DNA from: an uncultured Candidatus Saccharibacteria bacterium
GTDB taxonomy: Bacteria > Patescibacteriota > Minisyncoccia > Minisyncoccales > GWA2-38-27
Direction: 5' to 3'
DNA: 36,724 bases
Assembly (NCBI GenBank): GCA_964414135.1
Contig: CAYPVI010000002.1
Coordinates: 1 to 36,724, forward strand
Below the pieces are notes generated by a model. The model worked only from the letters and a program-made list of their open reading frames with translations, did no database searches and was not told where the DNA came from. The position numbers and the translations under genes are program-made. This document shows positions 1 to 9,913 of this stretch, one piece after another. The stretch's first letter is position 1, and every line of letters starts with the position of its first letter.

Positions 1-795
<795 letters not shown>

Positions 796-876
796 TTTTA
801 TCTTTAGATTGCCCATCACTACCGGTTTGGTGTGAGGGCTTGGCTAACAATTAATGATCATAACTATTTAGCATTG

Positions 877-1002
877 TGGCTACTATAAGGGAGCCATACC
901 GGGAGTGCTCCACCCGATCCCATACCGAACTCGGAAGTGAAATCTCCCAAGGCCGATGATAGTCCTTTTGGGCGAAAGTAGGTAGCTCTCTTATAGTGGC
1001 CA
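877..1002 (+). rRNA. rrf: 5S rRNA
   Basis: Core CCACCCGATCCCATACCGAACTCGGAAGTGAAA is the universal 5S loop B/helix III signature. Terminal helix I: TGGCTACTATAAG (877-889) pairs with CTTATAGTGGCCA (990-1002). Lies ~80 nt downstream of the 23S. Confidence 0.88.
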
Positions 1003-1064
1003 TAACGTTGAGTTTTTTTTATATTTATAACGCAACTTAAACAAAGATTCTTTGCGTTACTATT

Positions 1065-1096
1065 AGAGGCAGAATAGATTCTGCCTCTTTTATTTT
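1065..1096 (+). terminator. Rho-independent terminator of the rrn operon
   Basis: AGAGGCAGAAT..ATTCTGCCTCT stem followed by TTTATTTT. Confidence 0.75.
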
Positions 1097-1123
1097 AGGA
1101 AAGTTTGAAGTAAAATAGAGATA

Positions 1124-1915
1124 ATGAAACTTTCCTCTAAGAAAAATAAGGTTTTGATAATAATTGTTGTTGTGATTTTAATTATTTTTTTATTGAATTT
1201 TTTTCAGAAAGATATAAAAAGTTTTTTTTATTCTGTTTCTGCGCCAATCCAGAAAGTTCTTTGGAGGGCAGGGGATAGAACATCTGATTTTTTTGGAGGT
1301 ATTGTGCGAGTAAAAATATTAAAACAAGAATTAGATGAACTTAAACTTGAAAATCAAGAATTAACTGCCCAGGTTGTTGCATTAGAAGACCTAAAAAAAG
1401 AAAATAAAACTTTAAGGCAAGTATTAGAAATCGGGTTTCAAAAAGAGTTTAAATTAGCTTTGGCTCAAATTATTAGCAAAGATATTTCCCAAGATTTCAT
1501 TTTAATTGATAAGGGGTCTGATGATGGTATTTCAAAAAATATGCCGGTAATTACTCAACAAAGAGTTTTGGTAGGAAAAATAGGTGAAATTTATAAAAAT
1601 TTCTCAAAAGTAATGCTTTCTTCAAACAAAGAAAGCTCTTTTGACGCTAAGATTCAAAAGGAGGAAAAGGATATTTCTGGAGTTGTAAAAGGACAGGGGA
1701 ATTTTAGAATTTTATTTGACTTTATTCCTCGTGAAGAGAATCTCTCTCAAGAAGATATTGTTATAACCAGCGCTCTCGGAGGAATTTTTCCAAAAGGACT
1801 TTTGGTTGGTAAAATCAAAGAGATTAAAAAAAGCGACGTTGATCCTTTTCAACAAGCAGAAATTGAACCATTTTTTGATGTCTCGCAAACAGAGGCCCTT
1901 TTTATAATTTTATAG
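1124..1915 (+). CDS. mreC: Rod shape-determining protein MreC
   Basis: N-terminal TM segment, coiled coil (ELDELKLENQELTAQVVALEDLKKENKTL), and C-terminal region with ITSALGGIFPKGLLVGKI typical of MreC. Followed by mreD and PBP2. Confidence 0.85.
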   Translation: MKLSSKKNKVLIIIVVVILIIFLLNFFQKDIKSFFYSVSAPIQKVLWRAGDRTSDFFGGIVRVKILKQELDELKLENQELTAQVVALEDLKKENKTLRQVLEIGFQKEFKLALAQIISKDISQDFILIDKGSDDGISKNMPVITQQRVLVGKIGEIYKNFSKVMLSSNKESSFDAKIQKEEKDISGVVKGQGNFRILFDFIPREENLSQEDIVITSALGGIFPKGLLVGKIKEIKKSDVDPFQQAEIEPFFDVSQTEALFIIL

Positions 1916-1920
1916 TTTTA

Positions 1921-2232
1921 ATGTTTAAGAAAATTTTAATTTCAATAATTGTTTTTTATTTTTTAGTTTTAATCCAAACCAGTTTTTTGGTCCATTTTAA
2001 TATATTAGGAATTGTCCCAAATCTTGTTTTAATTTCAGTAGTTCTTTGGAATCTTTTTGAAAAATCAAAAAATTATTTTGGCTTATATATTGCTCTCATC
2101 GGAGGATTTTTTTTAGATATTTTCTCCAATCGCTTGATTGGTTTTTATATTTTAATCTTATTTGCCTTGGCGATTTTTTTAAAATTAGTTTTCAAAAGAT
2201 ATGTTCGGATTCCATTCACTGAAAAAAATTAA
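1921..2232 (+). CDS. mreD: Rod shape-determining protein MreD (small polytopic membrane protein)
   Basis: 103-aa, strongly hydrophobic protein located between mreC and mrdA. The call rests on synteny rather than motifs. Confidence 0.6.
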   Translation: MFKKILISIIVFYFLVLIQTSFLVHFNILGIVPNLVLISVVLWNLFEKSKNYFGLYIALIGGFFLDIFSNRLIGFYILILFALAIFLKLVFKRYVRIPFTEKN

Positions 2233-4135
2233 AAACAAAAAGGACATTGAACCACAAGAAGTGTTTTTGGATTCTCTTGCCCGGAAGAGAGAAGCAGAGC
2301 TTGGCATTTCAGGAAGAAAGTTTGAAGTTCCTCTTTCAAAAAAAATCCTTAAAGGGTTTTTGGTTTTTGTTATAGTTCTACTTTTTATTCTTTTCGCTAA
2401 AACTTTTCAATTTCAGGTTTTGGAGAATAAAAAATTTTCAGCTTTGGCTAACGAAAATAAATTCATAATTCATTCAATCAGAGCGGCTAGGGGGGTAATT
2501 TACGACAACAAAGGCGAGCAAATAGTTTTCAATAAGCCGAGCTTTGATTTAGTTTTAAATAAAAGATTGCTTCCTTCTTCGGATTTTGAGAAGATAAAGA
2601 TTTTAAAAGATGTCTCTGAAATTATTAAAGAAAATTTTGAGGATTTGGAAAGGAAAATTAATGAAGAACAAAACCAAGAAGTTCTAATTTCAAAAGACCT
2701 TGACCACCAAACCTTGATTTTACTTGAGACAAAGATTGCTGAATTTTCCGGTTTTAGAATTGAGCAAAACTCAATTAGGTACTACGTAGAAGGTCCGAGT
2801 TTTGCCCACCTGGTTGGCTATACCGGGAAAATAGGCGTAAAAGAATTAGAGAAAAACCCCGGGATTTATTCAGTTTTTGACTACGTTGGCAGAGATGGTC
2901 TTGAAAAGTCATATGAAGAGATTTTGAGAAAAAATCCAGGGAAGACCAGAATTGAGAGAGATGTTTATGGAAACTTATTATCAAAAGAAATAATTTCTTT
3001 GCCGGAATCGGGGAAAAGCTTAATTTTATGGTTAGATTCTGAATTAGAGAAAAAAGTTGAAGAAGAATTAAAAAGAATTCTTAAAAATATTGGAGCTGAA
3101 AAAGCAATAGGAGTAGCTTTGAATCCAAAAACCGGAGGAGTAATAGCTTTAGTTAGCATCCCCAGTTACGATAATAATTTATTCAGTAAAGGATCTGACC
3201 AAGAAGCTCTTTTGGATCTTCTGGCAGACCCCCAAGAACCTCTTTTTAATCTTGCGGTTTCAGGTTTATATCCAACAGGTTCCACTATCAAACCCCTGGT
3301 TGCTTCAGCTGCCTTAGAAGAAGAAATAATTTCGCCTACAAAAAAAATAAACTGTCAGGGAGGAATTGCTATTCCCAATAGATATGAGCCGGAAATTAGT
3401 ACGATAAAACAAGATTGGAGAATACACGGGTGGACCGATATGAGAAAAGCAATCGCTGAATCTTGTAATGTCTATTTTTATACAATCGGAGGGGGTTATG
3501 AAGATCAGGAAGGATTAGGCCCATCAAGAATTAAAAAATATCTTGAGCTTTTTGGCTGGGGGAATAAAACTGAAATTGACCTTTCCGGAGAAGTTAAAGG
3601 ATTAATTCCTTTTCCAGAGTGGAAAAAAGAGGTTAAAAAAGAGCCCTGGTGGGATGGTGATACTTATAATCTTTCTATAGGTCAAGGCGACATTAAAGTT
3701 ACTCCGCTTCAGGTAGCTAATGCTTTTGCAGCTATAGCCAACGGAGGAACGCTTTATAAACCGAAAGTTGTTAAGGAGATTGTGGACAGCGAGAAAAATC
3801 TAATTAAAGAAATTAAACCCGAGATTTTGAGAGAAGGTTTTATCAACCTGGAAAACCTTGAGATTGTTAGGGAGGGAATGAGAAGAGCGGTAACTGGAGA
3901 AAACAGCCCTTATGCCTCGTCTGTTATATTAAATTCTTTGCCGGTTTCAGCAGCTGCCAAGACCGGAACTGCCCAAATCTCAAATCCTGACTATTATCAC
4001 AACTGGGTAACTGTTTTCGCCCCCTATGATGACCCGCAGATTGTTCTAACAATTATGATTGAGAATGTTAAAGGTCTTCAGTCAGCTGCTTTACCGGTTG
4101 CAAAAGAAGTGCTTGAATGGTATTTCAGCAAATGA
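2201..4135 (+). CDS. mrdA: Penicillin-binding protein 2 (peptidoglycan D,D-transpeptidase)
   Basis: N-terminal TM segment. Transpeptidase motifs SxxK (STIKP), SxN (ESCNVYFY) and KTG (KTGTAQ). Overlaps the mreD end by 32 nt. Stop codon is TGA. Confidence 0.9.
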   Translation: MFGFHSLKKIKNKKDIEPQEVFLDSLARKREAELGISGRKFEVPLSKKILKGFLVFVIVLLFILFAKTFQFQVLENKKFSALANENKFIIHSIRAARGVIYDNKGEQIVFNKPSFDLVLNKRLLPSSDFEKIKILKDVSEIIKENFEDLERKINEEQNQEVLISKDLDHQTLILLETKIAEFSGFRIEQNSIRYYVEGPSFAHLVGYTGKIGVKELEKNPGIYSVFDYVGRDGLEKSYEEILRKNPGKTRIERDVYGNLLSKEIISLPESGKSLILWLDSELEKKVEEELKRILKNIGAEKAIGVALNPKTGGVIALVSIPSYDNNLFSKGSDQEALLDLLADPQEPLFNLAVSGLYPTGSTIKPLVASAALEEEIISPTKKINCQGGIAIPNRYEPEISTIKQDWRIHGWTDMRKAIAESCNVYFYTIGGGYEDQEGLGPSRIKKYLELFGWGNKTEIDLSGEVKGLIPFPEWKKEVKKEPWWDGDTYNLSIGQGDIKVTPLQVANAFAAIANGGTLYKPKVVKEIVDSEKNLIKEIKPEILREGFINLENLEIVREGMRRAVTGENSPYASSVILNSLPVSAAAKTGTAQISNPDYYHNWVTVFAPYDDPQIVLTIMIENVKGLQSAALPVAKEVLEWYFSK

Positions 4136-4259
4136 TATATTATAATAATACTATGGAACGGATTTTATCAAAAAGCGTAAAGCGTCGGTTTAGGAAAGGT
4201 CTGGAGAAACACAAAATAGCCGAAAAATAAAAACAATTAATTTATAGTATATCAAAATA

Positions 4260-5804
4260 ATGACTGGCATTATTGAGAAATTTAAACTTATTAAACCGGG
4301 GGAAGTTCGAACAAGATTCGCTCCTTCCCCAACTGGTTTTCTTCACATCGGCAGTGCTAGAACTGCCCTTTTTAATTATCTTTTTTCCAAAAAAAATCAA
4401 GGGAACTTTATTTTAAGAATTGAAGATACCGATACTGAAAGGTCTGACCCTAAATTTGAAGAAGATATTATTGAAAATTTAAAGTGGCTGGGAATTGACT
4501 GGGATGAAGGACCTTATAGACAAAGCGAGAGAGGAGATATTTACACAAAGTATTTAGAGAAATTGTTAAATGAAGGCAAGGCATATTATTGTTTTTGTTC
4601 AGAAGAAGAATTAGAAGCAAAAAGACAGGAACAAATGAGCAGGGGATTGTCTCCTCGTTATAATGGAAAATGTTCTAAACTTTCCTCAGAAGAAGTTAAA
4701 AAGAAGTTAGCTGAAGGACAGCCATCTATCATTAGATTTAAAATCTCGGTAAAAAAAGTGTCATTCAATGATATGATTCGGGGAAAAGTAGAGTTTGACG
4801 CTAACTTAATAGGCGATATATCAATTGCCAAAGATTTAGCTTCTCCTTTGTATAATTTTGCCGTGGTAGTAGATGATTTTGAAATGAAAATTAGCCATGT
4901 AATCAGAGGGGAAGACCTTTTACCCAACACTCCAAAACAGATTCTTTTACAGGAGGCTCTTGGCTTTCCCCAACCAGAATATGGGCATTTACCTTTAATT
5001 TTAGGCTCAGATAAAAGTAAGATGAGCAAACGCCACGGAGCAGTATCTATGGGAGAATATAAAAAAGAGGGTTATTTGTCCGAAACCATAATTAATTTCT
5101 TAGCTTTTTTAGGCTGGAATCCCGGAACTGAAAGGGAAATTTTTTCAATAGCTTCTTTAATTAAAGAGTTTTCAATAGAAAAAGTTCAAAAAGGAGGAGC
5201 AGTTTTTAATATTAAAAGATTGGACTTTCTAAATGGTTTTTATATTCGCCAAAAATCTCCGGAAAAATTAACAGAATTATGTATTCCTTGTTTAATCCGG
5301 GAAGGATTGATAGAGCCGGTTTTTAAGACAGAACAATATCCTCCTGCTTATGGCGGAATAAGTATTAGCCAGACCTATAAAATTATTGAGACAAAGGAAG
5401 AAATAAATTTTGATTACCTTAAAAAAATTGTTGCTATTTACCAGGAGAGATTAAAAAAACTTTCAGAAATCACTGAATTAACTAATTTCTTTTTTAAGGA
5501 TAAATTGGACTATGAGAAGAAACTTCTTCAATGGAAAAATATGACTGATGAAGAAATTCAGAATTCTCTTGACAAATTAGCAGATTTATTATCTAAAATA
5601 AACGAGGGGGATTGGAATAAAGAAAATTTACGGAATATTTTAATGTTAGAAACAGAGAAAGCGGGGGACAGAGGAAAAATCTTATGGCCATTGAGAACAG
5701 CTTTAACCGGAAAAGAGGCCTCGTCTGGCCCTTTTGAAATCGCTGAAATCTTAGGAAAAGAAAAAACCCTTAAACGAATCCAAGAAGCCAAAAATTTATT
5801 ATGA
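4260..5804 (+). CDS. gltX: Glutamyl-tRNA synthetase
   Basis: RFAPSPTGFLHIGSART (HIGH motif) and KMSKR (KMSKS motif). Overall GluRS-like layout, 514 aa. Confidence 0.92.
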   Translation: MTGIIEKFKLIKPGEVRTRFAPSPTGFLHIGSARTALFNYLFSKKNQGNFILRIEDTDTERSDPKFEEDIIENLKWLGIDWDEGPYRQSERGDIYTKYLEKLLNEGKAYYCFCSEEELEAKRQEQMSRGLSPRYNGKCSKLSSEEVKKKLAEGQPSIIRFKISVKKVSFNDMIRGKVEFDANLIGDISIAKDLASPLYNFAVVVDDFEMKISHVIRGEDLLPNTPKQILLQEALGFPQPEYGHLPLILGSDKSKMSKRHGAVSMGEYKKEGYLSETIINFLAFLGWNPGTEREIFSIASLIKEFSIEKVQKGGAVFNIKRLDFLNGFYIRQKSPEKLTELCIPCLIREGLIEPVFKTEQYPPAYGGISISQTYKIIETKEEINFDYLKKIVAIYQERLKKLSEITELTNFFFKDKLDYEKKLLQWKNMTDEEIQNSLDKLADLLSKINEGDWNKENLRNILMLETEKAGDRGKILWPLRTALTGKEASSGPFEIAEILGKEKTLKRIQEAKNLL

Positions 5805-6193
5805 AGTATCTAATTTCTTTTTTAATAATTAGTTTTTTGTTAATTATTATCTGTCCTCTTGTTTTAGCTCAAGCGCCAGAGACATTTGAAGAAGCAAGAT
5901 CGTTAGGGGAGAGGATTTTAATTGGTCTCCCCGAAGCATTAAAAAAACCTTGGCAAGAAGCTTTGATGGTATGGGAAAGAATGTTGGGTTGGTTTAAAAA
6001 TTTCTGGCAATCTTACATTTCTCCTTGGCTTAAAACTATTTGGCAAAAAATTTATTCTCTTTTGGGAAAAGAAGTTGAAAAAAGAAAACCAGAAATTCAA
6101 GGAGAATTTGAAAAAGAAAAACAAGAAGCGAAAGAAGAAATACCAAAACTTGGCAAATCTTTGTGGCAACGTTTCAAAGAACTAATAGAATAA
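5801..6193 (+). CDS. Hypothetical secreted/membrane-anchored Trp-rich protein
   Basis: Signal-peptide-like N-terminus (ISFLLIIICPLVLAQA). ATGA overlap with the gltX stop. Followed immediately by a terminator. Confidence 0.55.
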   Translation: MKYLISFLIISFLLIIICPLVLAQAPETFEEARSLGERILIGLPEALKKPWQEALMVWERMLGWFKNFWQSYISPWLKTIWQKIYSLLGKEVEKRKPEIQGEFEKEKQEAKEEIPKLGKSLWQRFKELIE

Positions 6194-6217
6194 AAAGGGC
6201 TCTTAGGAGCCCTTTTT
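6192..6217 (+). terminator. Rho-independent terminator
   Basis: AAAAAGGGCTC-TTAG-GAGCCCTTTTT. Confidence 0.8.
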
Positions 6218-6237
6218 ATATTTATTTTTCCACTTGA

Positions 6238-6268
6238 CCCTGTTAGAAGTTATTCACTTCTAACAGGG
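6238..6268. repeat. Perfect 13-5-13 inverted repeat directly upstream of the Xer-type recombinase promoter
   Basis: CCCTGTTAGAAGT-TATTC-ACTTCTAACAGGG. No T-tract follows it. It abuts the -35 box. Confidence 0.7.
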
Positions 6269-6298
6269 TTGACAGAGATTAGGGGAGTAAGATAATAT
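6269..6298 (+). promoter_or_regulatory. Sigma70-type promoter for the recombinase gene
   Basis: TTGACA (6269-6274), 17-18 nt spacer, then ATAATA/TAATAT (6292-6298). AGGA ribosome-binding site before the ATG at 6343. Confidence 0.55.
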
Positions 6299-6342
6299 AA
6301 ACATAAGAAATGTCGGATAATGTTGCTTAATAGGATGTTTAT

Positions 6343-7302
6343 ATGAAGAAAAGTCAAAAACCACTCCCCCAGCATATAAATGATTTTTTAGACTGGATAG
6401 ACGTGGAAAAAGGATTATCTTCAAAGACCCAGGAAAATTACGAAAGATTCTTGCGGAAATTTTTTAATTGGTTAAAAATAAACAAATTAGATAATTTAAA
6501 ACCTCATCAATTAACTTCCGAACACATCTGGAACTATCGTTTATATTTGTCCCGTTATATTGATAAAAAAGGTATTTCTTTGAAAAGAACCACCCAGAGC
6601 TACTATTTAATCGCCCTAAGAGCCCTTTTAAGCTATTTTTCAGCCAAAGACATTATATCGCTCCCTTCAGACAAAATAACCCTTCCTAAGAGCGATAAAC
6701 GCGAAAAAACCTTAAAATTCCTTAATTTAGAGCAAATTGAGAAGCTTTTAATAGCTCCTGATATAAATACGATTATCGGACTAAGGGACAGAGCTATTTT
6801 GGAAACCTTATTTTCAACCGGTCTAAGAATAGCCGAATTAATGGCTTTAAACCGCGATCAATTTGTTAACATAAAAAATAAAAAGGACTTAGAGATTACT
6901 ATTATTGGTAAAGGTAATTATCCCCGGACAGTCTATTTTTCAGAAAGGGCTCTTAATTGGATTAAAAAATACTTGGAAACGCGTAAAAAAGATGAAAAGA
7001 AACCCTTGTTTATCCATTATAGGTCGCGGATAGATGCCGAACCTCGTTTAACAAACCGTTCAATAGAAAGAAGCGTGAAGAAATATGCAATAATGGCCGG
7101 TATCCCTATTTTTACCACACCCCATACTATTAGACATTCTTATGCAACTGATCTTTTGTCTCAAGGGGTTGATTTAAGAATAATTCAAGAATTTTTAGGA
7201 CACAGAAGTATTACTAGTACCCAAATTTATACCCATGTCACAAATAAGCGGCTTCGCGATATCCACCGTCAATTTCATAGCGGCAAGAATCTAAAAGAAT
7301 AA
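6343..7302 (+). CDS. xerC: Tyrosine recombinase, XerC/XerD family
   Basis: N-terminal SAM-like core-binding domain. Catalytic signature GLRIAEL (Arg), HTIRHSYAT (H-x-x-R), LGHRSITSTQIYTHV (His and nucleophile Tyr). Confidence 0.85.
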   Translation: MKKSQKPLPQHINDFLDWIDVEKGLSSKTQENYERFLRKFFNWLKINKLDNLKPHQLTSEHIWNYRLYLSRYIDKKGISLKRTTQSYYLIALRALLSYFSAKDIISLPSDKITLPKSDKREKTLKFLNLEQIEKLLIAPDINTIIGLRDRAILETLFSTGLRIAELMALNRDQFVNIKNKKDLEITIIGKGNYPRTVYFSERALNWIKKYLETRKKDEKKPLFIHYRSRIDAEPRLTNRSIERSVKKYAIMAGIPIFTTPHTIRHSYATDLLSQGVDLRIIQEFLGHRSITSTQIYTHVTNKRLRDIHRQFHSGKNLKE

Positions 7303-7350
7303 ACAATGTCGCATAATAAAAAAGCCCGATACATTTTTGTACTGAGCTTT

Positions 7351-7710
7351 TTATTTTTTCATCGCCTTCCCCGTTAATTCATTTATTGCTAATTCTTTTA
7401 CTTTAGCTCTCAGTCCCTCTCTTTTGGTAATATCACGAAGTAGTTTCTTTAAAATTTCGTCTTTCTCCATAAATTCTTTTATTTTTTCCTGAGCTAATAT
7501 CTTTATGTCTCCATCTCTTCGCGAATCTTCTAACTCTTCCCGGATTTGATTAATTTTATCTATCAAATAGCGCGCTTCATAATTATATTTAGAGCCAGCG
7601 ATTACCTTTTTTCTTCTTAAAATCTCATAAAGTTTATCAAAATCCGAGGTCTCTTCAATATCTCCTATAACTCTTAATTCATTTTTATTTGCCATTTCTC
7701 CATTTGCCAT
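7351..7710 (-). CDS. Hypothetical coiled-coil protein
   Basis: 119-aa ORF with an AAGGAG Shine-Dalgarno ~6 nt upstream of the ATG. No recognisable motif. Confidence 0.55.
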   Translation of the reverse strand: MANGEMANKNELRVIGDIEETSDFDKLYEILRRKKVIAGSKYNYEARYLIDKINQIREELEDSRRDGDIKILAQEKIKEFMEKDEILKKLLRDITKREGLRAKVKELAINELTGKAMKK

Positions 7711-7801
7711 TTCTTTCTCCTTTTATCAAAATTTACAAAGAACTATAACCATATGTTGGCATTTTTTGAGGATTTGTCAATAGGTTAAAATAAAGTCAGT
7801 T

Positions 7802-7828
7802 AAAAAAACGCCTTCTCGGCGTTTTTTT
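7802..7828. terminator. Bidirectional stem-loop terminator
   Basis: AAAAAAACGCC-TTCTC-GGCGTTTTTTT. Confidence 0.65.
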
Positions 7829-7970
7829 AATATTCTTCTTCATCGTATTCGAGTTCCTCTTCATCTTCTTCGTCTACAACAGCTAATTCGGCTTCCTCGT
7901 CATCTTCGTTCCACTCGTCTATTTCATTTAATTCATCATGGTTATAAAAGTTTAATTTCTCTTGCAACAT
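7827..7970 (-). CDS. Possible 47-aa hyper-acidic small protein
   Basis: My translation: MLQEKLNFYNHDELNEIDEWNEDDEEAELAVVDEEDEEELEYDEEEY. 24 of 47 residues are D/E. The stop sits at the 7802-7828 terminator. No obvious SD. Below the ORF-track length cutoff. Confidence 0.3.
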   Translation of the reverse strand: MLQEKLNFYNHDELNEIDEWNEDDEEAELAVVDEEDEEELEYDEEEY

Positions 7971-8128
7971 TTTATTAATTGTTAATTTGTTAAATTTATC
8001 CCGCTAGAGATTTTTATTCTCTGTTCTCTAACGGGATTTGCAAAAAAATCAACCTTTTTTAAATATTGTAAATATAATATATCAACCAAAATAGTTGTCA
8101 AGAGGGATTTATTAACACCCCAAAAAAA

Positions 8129-8161
8129 CAAAAAAATCTGAGCTTCGTTCAGATTTTTTTG
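8129..8161 (-). terminator. Rho-independent terminator downstream of uppS
   Basis: A-run, ATCTGA-GCTTCGT-TCAGAT, T-run (palindromic flanks, so it could work on both strands). Confidence 0.7.
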
Positions 8162-8186
8162 TCATACAATATATTGTTTTGTCGGA

Positions 8187-8879
8187 CTATCTTCCAAATC
8201 TTCTTTGGCGATAGCTATAATCTAAAAGGGCTTCATCTAAATCTTTCTCGGTGAATTCGGGCCAATATTTTTCGGTGAAATAAAGTTCAGAATAAATAGA
8301 TTGCCAAGTTAGAAAATTAGATAGTCGTTGTACTCCACCGGTTCGAATAATTAAATCTGGCTCAGGCAAATTTGCTGTCCAAAGATTTTTATTGATTAAA
8401 TCTTCAGTAATTTTATTGGCAGGAATCTTGTTTTTTATAATGTTTTTAATAGCTTGAATAATTTCTGGTCTCCCTCCATAAGAAACAGCTAAATTCAAAA
8501 TTCCTTTCTCGCCTTTTTTAGTTAATTCCTCTGCTTCCTCTATTTTCTTTTGGAGTGATTTTGGTAATCTTTCTCTTTGTCCAATTACTTGTAATTTTAT
8601 CCCCTTTTGGAAAAGTTCTTTAGTGTTTTTCTTATTTAAAGCTACTTCAAGAAGTTTCATTAAATAACTTACTTCTTTTTTAGACCTGTTCCAATTTTCA
8701 GTAGAAAAAGTATAAAGAGTTAAAATTTTTACTCCTCGTTTTCTGCACCACTCCCCTATCTTATTGACCCCATCTAATCCTCTGCGGTGACCTTCAAACG
8801 AAGGCAAACCTCTTTTTTTGGCCCATCTTCGGTTTCCGTCAACAATGATTCCTAAATGAAATGGAATTTTCTCTGACAT
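8187..8879 (-). CDS. uppS: Undecaprenyl (cis-prenyl) diphosphate synthase
   Basis: HLGIIVDGNRRWA, YTFSTENWNR and RTGGVQRLSNFLTWQSIYSELYF are canonical cis-prenyltransferase motifs. Confidence 0.92.
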   Translation of the reverse strand: MSEKIPFHLGIIVDGNRRWAKKRGLPSFEGHRRGLDGVNKIGEWCRKRGVKILTLYTFSTENWNRSKKEVSYLMKLLEVALNKKNTKELFQKGIKLQVIGQRERLPKSLQKKIEEAEELTKKGEKGILNLAVSYGGRPEIIQAIKNIIKNKIPANKITEDLINKNLWTANLPEPDLIIRTGGVQRLSNFLTWQSIYSELYFTEKYWPEFTEKDLDEALLDYSYRQRRFGR

Positions 8880-8893
8880 AGATTATTTATTAT

Positions 8894-8954
8894 ATTATTG
8901 CGGCTTTGCCGCATAATTACTCATTCGGTCGAAATGAGAACAAGTTCTCATTTC
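8894..8954 (-). terminator. Two stem-loops between the oxidoreductase gene and uppS (possible terminator or processing structure)
   Basis: ATTATTGCGGC-TTT-GCCGCATAAT and GAAATGAGAAC-AA-GTTCTCATTTC. Neither is followed by a clear U-tract on the minus strand. Confidence 0.3.
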
Positions 8955-8969
8955 TTCCTCATATCATAA

Positions 8970-9896
8970 TTATAGCAAAAAATCTGATTCTATTCTACTG
9001 TTTTTGGGTAAAAACCAGGGCATCTTAAATCCCAAAAAATAAACTAATTTAACCGCTGTTTTAGAAAAAATGATTTTGGGGATAAAAAACCTTCTCATTG
9101 CTCTTTTGTATTTTAGGAAATCAGGAAAAGTTTTTAAAAGAATTTCGGCTCCAGTCAGTCCCCACATCACTCCTCCGCCCGACCAAGATTTAGTCAAACC
9201 GGTAGCGTCCCCACAAAGAGTTATTAAAGGACTTGATGGCATTATAAAACCCTGAGGAACTATTTTTGATTTCGTTCTTTCAAGAATAATATTTTTTTTC
9301 TTCAAAAATTCATCAAAAATCAGTTTAGCTTCTTTTGACTTAGCAAGAATTCCGTATTCTATCTCTTTGCCTTTGGGAATTTTCCAAATAAAACCATTTT
9401 TGCAAGGCCAGGTTTCTACGAAATTCGAGGAAGATAACTCTTTTTTAAATCCTAAAATTCCTAATCTGCATTTCGGCTCTGGAAGCCCTAAGCTTTTTCT
9501 CACAAAAGAATTAGCTCCATCACAACCGATTATTTTATCATAACCCTTGGGTATTTCACCGATATTATGGCTTAAAAAAAGATTAGCTCCTGCTTTTTGA
9601 GCTAAATCAGCTACTAATTTATCTAATTCAAAATGGCTTATTACAAAAAAAACTTTAGAAAATTCTACTTTTATCGTTTTTTTAGGAAAACGTAGAATAA
9701 CATAATTTATTCTATTTTGTATTAATTTACGGCTCTCGGGTATAAATTCTAAAATTCTTTTAGAAAAAAGGCCTGAACAAACTTCCTGACCAATCTTTTC
9801 TTTTTTTTCAAAAACAGTAACATCGTGCCCTTTTTCAGAAAGCTTCCAAGCTAAATAAAGACCCGAAACCCCTGCTCCAATAATTGCTATTCGCAT
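8970..9896 (-). CDS. FAD-dependent oxidoreductase, geranylgeranyl-reductase-like
   Basis: N-terminal Rossmann motif MRIAIIGAGVSGLYLAWKLSEKGHDVTVFEKK, and GCDGANSFVRKSLG typical of the GGR/flavin monooxygenase fold. Adjacent to uppS (isoprenoid context). Confidence 0.65.
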   Translation of the reverse strand: MRIAIIGAGVSGLYLAWKLSEKGHDVTVFEKKEKIGQEVCSGLFSKRILEFIPESRKLIQNRINYVILRFPKKTIKVEFSKVFFVISHFELDKLVADLAQKAGANLFLSHNIGEIPKGYDKIIGCDGANSFVRKSLGLPEPKCRLGILGFKKELSSSNFVETWPCKNGFIWKIPKGKEIEYGILAKSKEAKLIFDEFLKKKNIILERTKSKIVPQGFIMPSSPLITLCGDATGLTKSWSGGGVMWGLTGAEILLKTFPDFLKYKRAMRRFFIPKIIFSKTAVKLVYFLGFKMPWFLPKNSRIESDFLL

Positions 9897-9913
9897 ATTT
9901 TAAAAATTGGAAG

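Noticed and set aside
4154-4231. 25-aa basic mini-ORF (MERILSKSVKRRFRKGLEKHKIAEK) upstream of gltX, considered as a leader peptide or tiny ribosomal-like protein. A T-box leader was also considered.
   Set aside because: There is no SD, and I see no resemblance to L34 or L36. I could not draw a T-box specifier or antiterminator structure. It is too short to support from sequence alone.
6343-8186. Prophage or IS element around the tyrosine recombinase.
   Set aside because: There is no transposase, no phage structural or replication genes, and no terminal repeats. The recombinase has a full XerC/D-like layout. Only the adjacent palindrome is retained as a finding.
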